A DNA stretch of 64,000 nt from Candidatus Hodarchaeota archaeon (GCA_048886745.1 JBHLKK010000002.1:9378-73377); one strand, 5' to 3'; shown: positions 37,887 through 47,502, numbered from the stretch's first letter. The notes: generated by a model not told the origin, from the letters alone. Numbers and translations are program-made.

Positions 37887-38510
37887 ATGCTCTTGATAAG
37901 TCTTTATCAACTAAAGATTAATTTATTACTTCCCCCTATCGATTCAAAGGAGAAGATAGTGTTGCCAGAAGAAGATGTTGAAATTCTTGCAGAACTAAAA
38001 GCTTTCATAGAGAAAGAGATTGAAAGGAAGCAGGAAGAGGCAAATACACTTAGGCGATTTCTCAAGGCTGTTGATGCATTTCTCGTAAAAAGCAGTTTCA
38101 AGACTGCAGATAAGTTCACCGGCAAGAGGGAAGAACTTAAAGTTGAAATGATGGGGGAGACTCTCTCCATAAAATCAGGCAATATCGAGTTAGCTACGAT
38201 GTATATTGACAATAAAGAAATTCGAATAATCCCTGTGCCGGAACATCGATTCGATCCAGGAATACCTCCTTTTGATTCATTCTTTGTAAATAGGATAATG
38301 AACAATATGAAAGACGAAGATCAGGCCAAAGTAGAAGCTGGCGAATTAACCCAAGAAGATGCTTTCGCATTTGAGGTCAAGATTGAAGACGGGATCTTAG
38401 AGGAGATAATCATCAGAAACGCAGGAAGTCAAGAAAGAAATAGAGAAATACAGAGGACAATAAGATGGACTTTGGAAAAGATGTGGGAAAAGAAAGAGTC
38501 CAAATCATAG
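37887..38510 (+). CDS. Hypothetical protein (N-terminal coiled-coil-like region)
   Basis: 207-aa ORF diverging from the zinc-ribbon/winged-helix pair. No recognisable motif. The N-terminal 20 aa may not be translated (possible start at about 37953). Confidence 0.35.
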   Translation: MLLISLYQLKINLLLPPIDSKEKIVLPEEDVEILAELKAFIEKEIERKQEEANTLRRFLKAVDAFLVKSSFKTADKFTGKREELKVEMMGETLSIKSGNIELATMYIDNKEIRIIPVPEHRFDPGIPPFDSFFVNRIMNNMKDEDQAKVEAGELTQEDAFAFEVKIEDGILEEIIIRNAGSQERNREIQRTIRWTLEKMWEKKESKS

Positions 38511-38514
38511 TAGC

Positions 38515-38934
38515 GTGAATCCAAAGGAGGTATTAATGATTCAGGATCTAATCAGGGAGTTTGTTAACAAGAAGAATGTTTATGCTGTCATAGGAGTGAG
38601 TAGAAATCCAGAAAAATATGGTCATAGAGTTTACAAGGATTTGCGGAGTGCAGGTTACAAAGTCTATCCAATTAATCCAAAAATAGATGAGGTCTTGGGA
38701 GATAAGGTCTATCCCGATCTGGGAAGTCTACCTGAAAAACCCGATGTCGTAGATGTAGTGGTCCCTCCCAAGATAACTGAAGAAGTTGTTAAAACATGCA
38801 AACAGCTTGGAATTACAAAAATCTGGCTGCAGCCAGGTTCAGAATCTAATTTGGCAATTAAATTCTGCCAGGAAAACGGCATAGATGTTGTGTACGGAGT
38901 ATGCGTAATGAAAGAAAGATTAGTACATCATTAA
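38515..38934 (+). CDS. CoA-binding domain protein (YccU/YneT-like)
   Basis: NVYAVIGVSRNPEKYGHRVYKDLRSAGYKVYPINPK...VVDVVVPPK...KIWLQPG is the CoA_binding_2 pattern. Confidence 0.7.
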   Translation: MNPKEVLMIQDLIREFVNKKNVYAVIGVSRNPEKYGHRVYKDLRSAGYKVYPINPKIDEVLGDKVYPDLGSLPEKPDVVDVVVPPKITEEVVKTCKQLGITKIWLQPGSESNLAIKFCQENGIDVVYGVCVMKERLVHH

Positions 38935-38983
38935 ATCTTGCTGTCTTCCCCTCATTAATCAATAACCATAGGTTGAGAGTATC

Positions 38984-39418
38984 TTGTCCAAGAGTTCAGC
39001 ATTTGAATTAAAGGCCATCGGTATTGTAGAAAGCTCTGGACCCACATCTGAAATAAGCGTCTTTCCGGAGTATTGCTCAGGTCTACAGAGTCTTGTAGAA
39101 TTTTCGCATGCCATCATATTATACTGGTTTCATCTCAGAGATAGCAGAGAGGAAAGAAGTGTATTGAGTGTAATTCCTAAAAAACATCCTGGGGCACCCC
39201 CGGTCGGAGTGTTTGCATCCAGAAGTCCTAGTAGGCCAAACCCAATTGGTTTGTGTGTTGCCAAGATAATAGGAGTAGTTAATTGTACTCTTACTGTGAA
39301 AGGTCTAGATGCGTTTGAAGGATCTCCGATAGTCGACATAAAACCCTACCTTTCGGGGAATGATGCTGTCCTTGGGACCAGGGCTCCCGAATGGGCATTG
39401 CATAAATCCCCAACTTAG
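38984..39418 (+). CDS. TsaA/TrmO (YaeB)-family SAM-dependent tRNA methyltransferase
   Basis: IGIVESS...FSHAIILYWFH....GVFASRSPSRPNPIGLCVAKI...GLDAFEGSPIVDIKPY matches the UPF0066/TrmO signature. Confidence 0.75.
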   Translation: MSKSSAFELKAIGIVESSGPTSEISVFPEYCSGLQSLVEFSHAIILYWFHLRDSREERSVLSVIPKKHPGAPPVGVFASRSPSRPNPIGLCVAKIIGVVNCTLTVKGLDAFEGSPIVDIKPYLSGNDAVLGTRAPEWALHKSPT

Positions 39419-39556
39419 AGTCGAAAGCATTTTAGAAAGCGACAGAAATACTCGTTCTCTTCACTGCAAGAATAGGGTACGGTCTTACCTCTACTCTTGA
39501 TAAGTTTCTAAGACTTAGCAGCTTCTTTAAGCCTTCAGCTTCAATCCTGTATTTAT

Positions 39557-39844
39557 CTATTGATGCGTCTGTGCCTCTTCAACAACTCTATGACCTGCAA
39601 CTACCTGATCGATACTGTGAATAGAACCCCCAAGTTCTTCCAACTCCTGCTTGATCAAATCAAATTTTAAGTCAGGACCTACAATGGTTATTTTGATGCT
39701 CTCTGTTTCGGCGTCGACTTCGATCAAAGAGATATTCACTCCACTTACTCCATCTAGTCTCGCTATTCTGTCTGCCAGTGTGTGTAGTTGAGGATTATGT
39801 GGCTTGAGAACGTCTAGCACAAGACGTTTGATGCCATAACTCAT
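39557..39844 (-). CDS. Small conserved archaeal protein (possibly DUF211-like)
   Basis: 95 aa, RLVLDVLKPHNP...GVSGVNISLIEVDAETESIKITIVG. The family assignment is from memory only. Confidence 0.35.
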   Translation of the reverse strand: MSYGIKRLVLDVLKPHNPQLHTLADRIARLDGVSGVNISLIEVDAETESIKITIVGPDLKFDLIKQELEELGGSIHSIDQVVAGHRVVEEAQTHQ

Positions 39845-39907
39845 TTATGTGGCGACACCTCAAAACTTTAAGGCTATACTCGATAATCTTTTGGAATTAT
39901 TTAAGTT

Positions 39908-40600
39908 TTATTGTTCTGGCTGATAACACATGTTATCTAGAAAATCTGTCAACTCTGATACCACTCCGATGGTGTGATCGGCTCCCCCTTTCTTTAATTC
40001 TTCTGCTGTCTTCATGGAAGTCTCAACGCCGATAGTTAATACTCCAATACTGTTGGCCGCTTGAAAATCTACTGGATGATCGCCAACAACTATTGTTTTT
40101 TCTGGTGCTATTCCCAGAAGTTCGATCACCTTGCCCAAATGCTCGATACTGGGTTTTGGTTTAATAACATCATCTCGGGTCACGACAACATCAAAGAATC
40201 TTCTAATATTGGTTTTTTCAAGGACGTAGTTGGCAATCAGGTCCCTATTTAGCGTGAAAATTCCAAGCTTAAATCCTCTCCTCTTGAGCTCCTCCAGGGT
40301 TTCTATGACTCCGGGAATCAGCGAGGTCATCTCGGCACCATCAAGCTCATATTTTTCGATTGCACGATCTACTGCCTGTCTTATTTCCTTTAACTCCGTC
40401 TCTTTTGCCCCTTTTTTCTTGAGATAATCAAATACTTTGCCTACGGTGGTGAAGATCGGTTCAGTTGTTGATAAAAGCTCGGGGTCTATGTTATGTTCTC
40501 GAAGTCGGTCTAAGGCCTTTTTTCGTGCGCTCATATAATCAATCTTAAACCACACTAGAGTTCCATCGAGATCGAAAATGATAGCTTTGAATTTGCGCAT
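39908..40600 (-). CDS. HAD-superfamily hydrolase (phosphatase/phosphomutase subfamily IA)
   Basis: N-terminal FKAIIFDLDGTLV (motif I, DxDG) and downstream GDHPVD (motif IV). Confidence 0.8.
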   Translation of the reverse strand: MRKFKAIIFDLDGTLVWFKIDYMSARKKALDRLREHNIDPELLSTTEPIFTTVGKVFDYLKKKGAKETELKEIRQAVDRAIEKYELDGAEMTSLIPGVIETLEELKRRGFKLGIFTLNRDLIANYVLEKTNIRRFFDVVVTRDDVIKPKPSIEHLGKVIELLGIAPEKTIVVGDHPVDFQAANSIGVLTIGVETSMKTAEELKKGGADHTIGVVSELTDFLDNMCYQPEQ

Positions 40601-40633
40601 CTCGGTACTCCTCGGTACATATTATTGAGATGA

Positions 40634-41752
40634 TTACTCGACTTCCATAGTAAGAGGCTTGGAAACAAAATCAAAGAATTTCTGCGGGATAAAACTCTCG
40701 AATCTTACCTTCGCTCTTATCCCGTCAAACCTCAGGTATTTGGTTCCTTCTGTCAAAGTGAATACATATTTGAATTCTCTTTCATCCTCGGGCTTAAGAT
40801 CCTTGACTTCCCAGAATTTTCGTCTTCTATCCTCAGAACCTTCCCAGACCATATCTGATATTATTGCTTGAGTGACTTCTTGGTCTGATTTATTTGAAAT
40901 AATGACCTTAACAACATTCTCTCCATCTCGGTTGATGGGCAATTGCACTTCACGCTCTACACCGACATTGGGACAAACAAAGATCGGCCCTACTCGGACC
41001 TTGGTTCTGCCTATGCCAAGATATATTTCGTCGAATTTGTAGTTCATATCTGCCATCAAATGCATCTCACCAATCTCTTTTGCCTTGATTATCAATTCAC
41101 CATTCCTAGGTGCATTCACAAACGGAGAGTGAAAATCAAAGTCGACCCCTCGAGTATGCGGCTCAATCTCACAAGGTGTATCGGCATACCAGTCAAACCG
41201 TATCTCGCAACCTTCAGGCCTAGGATTCCTAACGGAGTAAGGAATTTCTGTTCGCTCTCCTTGCCTGATGGCTACTGTGTAGAAAACAAACCTTGGAAAT
41301 ACATTTGCAGTCAAGGATGATATTTCCCGCTTTGGATGAACCAGGCTTTCGCCGCACTTAACGCAAAAAAGCTTAATTGCTTCAAACAAACGTTCCTGAT
41401 GTAGCTCCTTTCTGGCTATTGCTTTCAGTTCTTCCTCCGAAGACCCTTCTATTCTAAGACTAGTGGTTCTTGAATCCCATCTGCAGTATGGACAGCGGAG
41501 GAGGTATTTCTTTCCAGCTTCTACCTCTAAGTCACTGCTGCAGATAGGACATTCAAAGCAATTTGGGCATTCTGTAAAGTACTCTCTAGCGGTCTTAACA
41601 TCCGTTGTCCAGCCGCATCGATAACATTTGTAGCTCACAGGTACTCTATGTGCACATTTCTCGCATACAACTTCCTGACAAGGCAAACAAAAAAAGCTGC
41701 GGTATCCAGATTTGAATTCTCCGCATCGGGAGCAAATGTACTCTACCGGCAA
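40634..41752 (-). CDS. Multi-zinc-ribbon protein with a dynactin subunit 4 (p62)-like N-terminal cysteine pattern
   Basis: N-terminal 100 aa: CSRCGEF...CLPCQEVVCEKCA...CYRCGW...ECPNCFECPICSSDLEVEAGKKYLLRCPYCRWDSRT. From memory, the CxNCF(D/E)CPxC ... Y(Y/L)LxCx(F/Y)CRW(T/D)SR spacing matches the dynactin p62 zinc-binding N-terminus. C-terminal 250 aa is beta-rich. Confidence 0.4.
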   Translation of the reverse strand: MPVEYICSRCGEFKSGYRSFFCLPCQEVVCEKCAHRVPVSYKCYRCGWTTDVKTAREYFTECPNCFECPICSSDLEVEAGKKYLLRCPYCRWDSRTTSLRIEGSSEEELKAIARKELHQERLFEAIKLFCVKCGESLVHPKREISSLTANVFPRFVFYTVAIRQGERTEIPYSVRNPRPEGCEIRFDWYADTPCEIEPHTRGVDFDFHSPFVNAPRNGELIIKAKEIGEMHLMADMNYKFDEIYLGIGRTKVRVGPIFVCPNVGVEREVQLPINRDGENVVKVIISNKSDQEVTQAIISDMVWEGSEDRRRKFWEVKDLKPEDEREFKYVFTLTEGTKYLRFDGIRAKVRFESFIPQKFFDFVSKPLTMEVE

Positions 41753-41762
41753 TTATCATCAC

Positions 41763-42311
41763 CTATTTGGTCTTTTCAAAAGTCTCTACAAATCGAATAT
41801 ATGCTTCTATGAATTCTTCATGTCTTTCCTGTTCGCCCAGACCTAGCTTTCTTATCAAGTTGGCTGGATTTCCCGCCATAACGGATTCTGGTGGGACTAC
41901 GGCCTTATTCGGAACTACCGAACCAGGCAGAATTACATCACCCTGGTTAAGCTGGGACTCACGCTCTATTACTGCATTATTGCCCACAAAGCAATAATCT
42001 GCAATATATGATCCCTGAACAACCGCTCCTTTTCCAATAAAAACATAGTTACCGATTATTATGCTTCCGTGGTTTAGTGTACCATCAATAAAAACCTCTG
42101 GGGGATAAATAATGGCATTATCTTGTATAACCACATAGTTTCCCATAGTGACTCTACCTAGATCCCCCCTAATGATAACCCCTTGACCTATGTACGTATG
42201 CTCACCTATTCTTACATCACCTACAATTCTTGCAAGATCATCGATATATGCACTCTTATGAACCTCAGGTTCCACACCCTTATGTTTCAAAATAGGACAC
42301 ACGATCTCCAC
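41763..42311 (-). CDS. Gamma-class carbonic anhydrase / hexapeptide-repeat (left-handed beta-helix) protein
   Basis: Repeated [LIV]-G-x4 hexapeptides and the metal-ligand His pattern of the CamH/PaaY/YrdA family. 182 aa. Confidence 0.8.
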   Translation of the reverse strand: MEIVCPILKHKGVEPEVHKSAYIDDLARIVGDVRIGEHTYIGQGVIIRGDLGRVTMGNYVVIQDNAIIYPPEVFIDGTLNHGSIIIGNYVFIGKGAVVQGSYIADYCFVGNNAVIERESQLNQGDVILPGSVVPNKAVVPPESVMAGNPANLIRKLGLGEQERHEEFIEAYIRFVETFEKTK

Positions 42312-42506
42312 GCTCTTGAAAAATCATTCATTGCAAAGATGTAAATAAAGCTATTTGTTTTCAGAACCAGCAAATCCTCCGGTAGATGATCAAATGAAGA
42401 TAGGTAATAAGCTTCAAATAGCTAACCTTCTATGAGATTGTTCTCTGACATTCACTCAGAGAAAAATCGCTTCATTGAGCTCCCAAAGGCAATCACAAAT
42501 TCTGAG

Positions 42507-43703
42507 CTATTCTACATGAACTCTGAATAAGTCGATATCGCTCCAGTATTTCATTTCTTCAAAGGTCTTCAAGAACTCTCTAACCGCTCTCTCAACATCC
42601 AGAGATTGTGTAATATATCTTCCTACTATCAGGATGTCCGCACCACTCTTCAAAGCCAAGCTTGCTGTTTCAGGAACCACGCCGCCAGCAACAGCTACCA
42701 ATACTTTCTTCTTCTTGTAGAGCCCCCTAATCTCTTTGATGAAATCCCACCGGGGTTTTTCAGAAGCTTCTACATCTATGGCACGATGCAGAATTACGAC
42801 GTCTGGTTTCTCCTTAAGACCCGTAAGCTTCTCAACAGGATCTTCAACGTTCATCATGTCTACTACTGCATAAATGCCGAGTCTTTGTGCCTCATAGATG
42901 AATTTGTCAAGTGTTTCCTTTGCTGCTAGACCTGAAGCTACTACTGCATCTGAGGTTGCCTCGTAAGCCATATCAACTTCAACTTTTCCTACGTCAAGAG
43001 TCTTAAGGTCACAAGTTATGAATACGTCTTTCGCGACCTCTCTCATTTTTCTAACAACATCAACTCCATATCTTTTAACCAAAGGCGTACCTGCCTCAAG
43101 CAGGATCCTATCACTATGAGGAACCTGTTTCATAATTTCCAATGTCTTCGTGAATGAGGGAATATCTAACGCTATTTGCAGGTAAGGAGGTCTCCACAGC
43201 CTTGGAACTCTGAATCCCATAATGGGATGTGTGGCTCTATCCTTATCATATAATATCTTGTCTATGGACGGATAGCCTATCATTGCACGCTTCAAGGCAA
43301 GCTTTGTTGCACCGTAATTATAATGATATATCTTGCGGAAATCTTGAGCATTTGGATGGATAAATACGCTACATATTACTACCCACTCGTCAATCTTGTC
43401 TTTCGGTATGATCTCCTCCTCGACAGCATCTGCTATCGCCTTTGCAACTGCTGATTGTGCTGGTCCAAATATCTTTGATGCTTGTTCCAGATTTTTCACA
43501 GTAACCTTTGGTATTACTAAAGTCATGGGTTTTGAGGGAAGATTCGGTCTGATTACTGCCAGTAGAGGAGTGTGTCCCACTGAAAGCTGAGCTAAGCTGT
43601 TAGCAAAAGCTTGCCCAACAGGGCCTTCCTTATCTCCAATTATCAAATCTACATGAGCAACTTCGTCTCCCTTACCAATCAATGCTTCACCAATCAAATA
43701 CAT
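42507..43703 (-). CDS. fae-hps: Bifunctional formaldehyde-activating enzyme / 3-hexulose-6-phosphate synthase (Fae-Hps)
   Basis: N-terminal Fae domain ([33 protein letters not shown]). C-terminal OMPDC-family HPS domain (LQIALDIP...ILLEAGTPL...ADILIVGR). Confidence 0.85.
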   Translation of the reverse strand: MYLIGEALIGKGDEVAHVDLIIGDKEGPVGQAFANSLAQLSVGHTPLLAVIRPNLPSKPMTLVIPKVTVKNLEQASKIFGPAQSAVAKAIADAVEEEIIPKDKIDEWVVICSVFIHPNAQDFRKIYHYNYGATKLALKRAMIGYPSIDKILYDKDRATHPIMGFRVPRLWRPPYLQIALDIPSFTKTLEIMKQVPHSDRILLEAGTPLVKRYGVDVVRKMREVAKDVFITCDLKTLDVGKVEVDMAYEATSDAVVASGLAAKETLDKFIYEAQRLGIYAVVDMMNVEDPVEKLTGLKEKPDVVILHRAIDVEASEKPRWDFIKEIRGLYKKKKVLVAVAGGVVPETASLALKSGADILIVGRYITQSLDVERAVREFLKTFEEMKYWSDIDLFRVHVE

Positions 43704-43929
43704 TTAAGCTCTCACTCCCAACAAACAGCTTATTCTTCTCCACATATACATCTTGTTTCTATAATAATTTAAGTATTTACTAATACGACCTGATCATTTT
43801 CAAAGAATAATGATTGTTATCATTCATTTTCTGCGGCCCCGGATTGACTATTGGTCAACCTCTAGAAGTTTAAGACTTATAAGCTAGATGACAGTTATAC
43901 GTTTCAATTCATGATTTGGAGGAGAATCC

Positions 43930-44889
43930 ATGTTAAGCGTTAATAGCGAGGCCTTAAAGATTGCAAAGAACATGATCAAGAATGCAGAGCAACTCAATAT
44001 TGATGTTCAAGAATTGGACAACGGTGCAAAGGTGATAGATGCAGGAGTCCAAGCCTCAGGTGGACTCGAGGCAGGTGTTTTGACTGGAAAAATCTGTCTG
44101 GGAGGTCTAGGAGAAATTTCTCTATTCTCTTATTGGCTCGATGATATTTTGCTTCCTGCTGTAAATGTGTACAGCGACCAACCCATTGTTGCTTGCTTGG
44201 GTTCCCAATTTGCTGGCTGGAGAATCAAAGTCGGAGATTATTTTGTGATGGGTTCTGGTCCTGCTAGAGCTTTAGCTCAGGTTGAGGAAAAACTGTTCAA
44301 AGAGATCGGTTATTCAGATGAAGCAGATTCAGCAGTAATAGTTCTAGAAACTAGAAAACTTCCTGAAGAAGAGGTTATGCAGTTCATAGCTGATAAATGT
44401 GGTGTTGACGTCTCCAAAACTTATGCTATCGTGACTCCAACGGCAAGCATTTCTGGCTCAGTTCAGATCGCTGCGAGAGTAGTTGAAACAGGCATACACA
44501 AGATCACGAAGGTAGGATTGGACCCCGATCGTATTTTGCACGGATTTGGAAGCTGTCCAATAGTGCCTGTTGAGAAAAAAGACTCAAAAGCTATGGGGAC
44601 AACTAATGATGCAATACTTCTCGCCGGTTCAGTGATTCTTGGTGTCCGAAGCAAAGAAGAAGATGAACTGAAGAATATAGTAGATCAAACTCCTTCATCT
44701 GCATCAAAAGACTATGGCAGACCATTCTCTGAAATCTTTAAATCAGTAGGTGGAGACTTTTATAAGATAGATCCTGGAATCTTTGCTCCGGCTTTGATTG
44801 TAGTCAATGATGTGCGAACGGGGATAACCTACAAGGCCGGACGTATCAACAGCGAAATGTTGAAGAAAAGCCTGGGTTTTAAAGAATAA
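43930..44889 (+). CDS. mch: Methenyltetrahydromethanopterin cyclohydrolase
   Basis: MLSVNSEALKIAKNMIKNAEQLNIDVQELDNGAKVIDAGVQASGGLEAGVL... matches the Mch N-terminus (VN..A...V..MI..AE.LN..V.EL.NG..VID.GV.A.GG.EAG). About 320 aa, typical Mch length. Confidence 0.85.
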   Translation: MLSVNSEALKIAKNMIKNAEQLNIDVQELDNGAKVIDAGVQASGGLEAGVLTGKICLGGLGEISLFSYWLDDILLPAVNVYSDQPIVACLGSQFAGWRIKVGDYFVMGSGPARALAQVEEKLFKEIGYSDEADSAVIVLETRKLPEEEVMQFIADKCGVDVSKTYAIVTPTASISGSVQIAARVVETGIHKITKVGLDPDRILHGFGSCPIVPVEKKDSKAMGTTNDAILLAGSVILGVRSKEEDELKNIVDQTPSSASKDYGRPFSEIFKSVGGDFYKIDPGIFAPALIVVNDVRTGITYKAGRINSEMLKKSLGFKE

Positions 44890-44956
44890 ACTTAAATACT
44901 TTTACCAAACTAGAAATCTAATCCAGGGAGTAGGAAACTTATCGGGGAGACCGCCG

Positions 44957-45535
44957 TTGGATAGATATATTGATGCATTAAAAAAGCTCAGGGAGATACT
45001 AGCCACATTCACCCAGAAACTCTTCAATGTCTTCCCGTTCATAGTGGATGGAGAGAGCCTTAAGGAGCGAATGGCTAGCGCCGATAAAACATCCAAACGC
45101 ATTGAAGAAGCCTTAAACGCTCTAAAAACGTGGCTCAGTGAGATACTACTTCTTCTGACTGCAGCCAGATCCTTACTGTGGCATCTAGAAACATCTGCCG
45201 AGGAGTCTGAAAGCGTAAAAGAAGTCAAAGACAGAATAAGGATATTCCTAATCCCCGAATTTGAACGCTATGTCGACAGCTTGATGCGCGAAACAGAAAT
45301 AATCGATAGCCGTATCGTGCCTCTAATAGACGTTTTTGAGCGGCTTGAAGCAACATCAGGAAGTGTACATGAAAGAGCTAAGTACTTCAAGAGAATCACC
45401 CAATTTGATGAAAAAAGTGGAGAAAGCGACATAACCAGGCTATTTAGGTTTATTCTGACGGACAACATGAAAGCATTTGAGAAGCTTGAAAAGGAAGTAA
45501 AGAATCGCCTAAATGCATCCTCCAAGAGCGAATAG
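44957..45535 (+). CDS. Hypothetical alpha-helical protein
   Basis: 192-aa ORF with good coding character. No motif recognised. Confidence 0.35.
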   Translation: MDRYIDALKKLREILATFTQKLFNVFPFIVDGESLKERMASADKTSKRIEEALNALKTWLSEILLLLTAARSLLWHLETSAEESESVKEVKDRIRIFLIPEFERYVDSLMRETEIIDSRIVPLIDVFERLEATSGSVHERAKYFKRITQFDEKSGESDITRLFRFILTDNMKAFEKLEKEVKNRLNASSKSE

Positions 45536-45661
45536 TTCGCTTATAATAGCTTGAATAGCAACAATCATATAGATCAAGTCGCTTTGTCTTTTGACTAAGA
45601 TGTCGACTCAAACAGAATTTGAAGATGTTTGTACAATCTCAAATTCAAGGAGGTAATGATA

Positions 45662-46159
45662 ATGGAAGTTATTGACTCCATAAAGGAGAGAAGAAGTATC
45701 AGAAGATTCAAGCAGAAAAATATAGAAGAAGAGAAGATCTCAATCTTACTAGATGCCATGAGATGGGCTCCATCTGCCGGAAACAGGCAACCTTGGGAGT
45801 TCATAATCGTAAGGAACAAAGAGTCACTCTCGAAGATTGCCACTGAAGCTCCCTACGGGGCTTTTATAGCTGATGCTCCCCTGGCAATAGCAATTGTAAC
45901 GGATCCGAAAACCTCCAGATGGCATGTTGTTGATGGTAGCTTGGCCTCTCAGAACTTCCAATTGGCAGCCTGGGCTTTGGGTCTGGGAACCTGTTGGATA
46001 GGTAGCATGAATCGGGAATCTGTTAAAAAGATTCTGGGTATACCTGAGGAGAAGTATCTGTTAACTATTTTTCCTTTAGGATATCCTGATGAGAAACCTG
46101 TCAAAAATAGAAAATCTCTTGATTTACTAATTCACAATGAGAAATACTCATCTGATTAA
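45662..46159 (+). CDS. Nitroreductase-family flavoprotein, second paralog
   Basis: MEVIDSIKERRSIRRFKQKNIEEEKISILLDAMRWAPSAGNRQPWEFIIV. GGAGG lies 8 nt before the ATG at 45662. The listed ORF start at 45629 is probably upstream read-through. Confidence 0.75.
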   Translation: MEVIDSIKERRSIRRFKQKNIEEEKISILLDAMRWAPSAGNRQPWEFIIVRNKESLSKIATEAPYGAFIADAPLAIAIVTDPKTSRWHVVDGSLASQNFQLAAWALGLGTCWIGSMNRESVKKILGIPEEKYLLTIFPLGYPDEKPVKNRKSLDLLIHNEKYSSD

Positions 46160-46340
46160 AGCGGACGAAGAAACATATCCCACAACTGACTTCTGCCTAC
46201 TAATAAATCCCCCACTATAATAGTTATTGCTGTAGCTTGATCTGAAGCATTGCCACTGGACTTCTGGCAAAATTGGACTATCACCTAATTGTACAGAAAA
46301 GATCATTCATAGGGCTGCTTTTGGAGACAGTCTAATGTGC

Positions 46341-46736
46341 CTAGTCAAAAACTTTCTTCATTAAGTCTAGGAGAAGACCCTTGGCCATTTTCATTGATTC
46401 CTGACCCCGCTGGGTAATACGATAATACTTTCTGTCCTGTCTTTTTGTTTCATTTTTCTCTAGACTTACTTCGACCAAACCATCCCGTTTCATTTTGTAT
46501 AGAATGACATAGCCTGTGACTATTGCTGGAGAGAATCCAAACCTCTTTCTTATTTCGTTTTTGATTTCATAGCCATATCTTGGACGCTCTTGAAGAAGAC
46601 GCAGAATGTATAACCACAGATTTTCTTTAGTCAGCATCTTCCTAAGTCTCTTAAATGCTTTGGTTTCACTCTCTTCAGAAGTTGAAGACTCTGAACTCAC
46701 CTTCGCTAACCTCTTCAGATAATATGGTTGAATCAT
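46341..46736 (-). CDS. PadR-family winged-helix transcriptional regulator
   Basis: LYILRLLQERPRYGYEIKNEIRKRFGFSPAIVTGYVILYKMKRDGLVEV is the PadR signature (HGYEI...SPGTLYP.L..LE..GLV). Confidence 0.75.
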   Translation of the reverse strand: MIQPYYLKRLAKVSSESSTSEESETKAFKRLRKMLTKENLWLYILRLLQERPRYGYEIKNEIRKRFGFSPAIVTGYVILYKMKRDGLVEVSLEKNETKRQDRKYYRITQRGQESMKMAKGLLLDLMKKVFD

Positions 46737-46807
46737 GCTTTTGCTTTGGTGGATATGTTCTCCTTCTATAATAGTTTAACTCAAACTAATAATAGATTTC
46801 GCTAATT

Positions 46808-47404
46808 TCACAGCTTCCAGTCCAGCTCTTCATGTACAAGCGTAATACATTGACTTGCCAGATAAGTCAAAGGACCGACGCTAATTTGAATAGCCCCCAA
46901 TCCTCGAAGTACATTTTCATCAGCTTTACCTAAGCCCATGTGGTCCCCCATTACGAAAACCAAATGATTGTCCCTGGGGAAGTCAAAATCACGAATATCT
47001 TGCCCTTTTTGATGCAAATAGAATAGAGCTCCCTCACCTTTCAATTCATCCGTGATTCTATTGAAGTTTTTGGGACATATGCTAATGCCTGGCCATTCAT
47101 CCAATACCTTTTCAACTTCTGAGGGTTTTCCCAACAATTGACTCATAATCTTGGCTACTTCGAATTCATCATCAGGAAGACGTTGCAGTCTTCTGCCTTC
47201 GACCGCTATAAGTCTGGGTGGTAATGGTTCCCCCTCTAGCAGACCATAGAAATCTGTATTTTGCTTTTCTCTCTTTTTTCCGAATGCAGAAATCAGACAC
47301 CGACACACTACATCCAGTCTACCGCTGGTTCCAGGTATATCTTTTATTGAAAAATCAGGAATTGTGTGCGCGGTTCCAGATTTTACGACAAATATCCGCT
47401 TCAA
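46808..47404 (-). CDS. trmY: tRNA (pseudouridine54-N1)-methyltransferase TrmY-like SPOUT protein
   Basis: FVVKSGTAHT...FSIKDIPGTSGRLDVVCRCLISAF...LLEGEPLPPRLI matches the DUF358/TrmY pattern (LPG.GR.D..CR....AF). Confidence 0.65.
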   Translation of the reverse strand: MKRIFVVKSGTAHTIPDFSIKDIPGTSGRLDVVCRCLISAFGKKREKQNTDFYGLLEGEPLPPRLIAVEGRRLQRLPDDEFEVAKIMSQLLGKPSEVEKVLDEWPGISICPKNFNRITDELKGEGALFYLHQKGQDIRDFDFPRDNHLVFVMGDHMGLGKADENVLRGLGAIQISVGPLTYLASQCITLVHEELDWKL

Positions 47405-47502
47405 TCCAAAGCACCATCATTTAATGACAAATGAACACTCAATATTGCCCTCCTCTACTAGCCGTGATGATTTCTTAGTAAGCTCATTAATTGCATCCAT
47501 CG

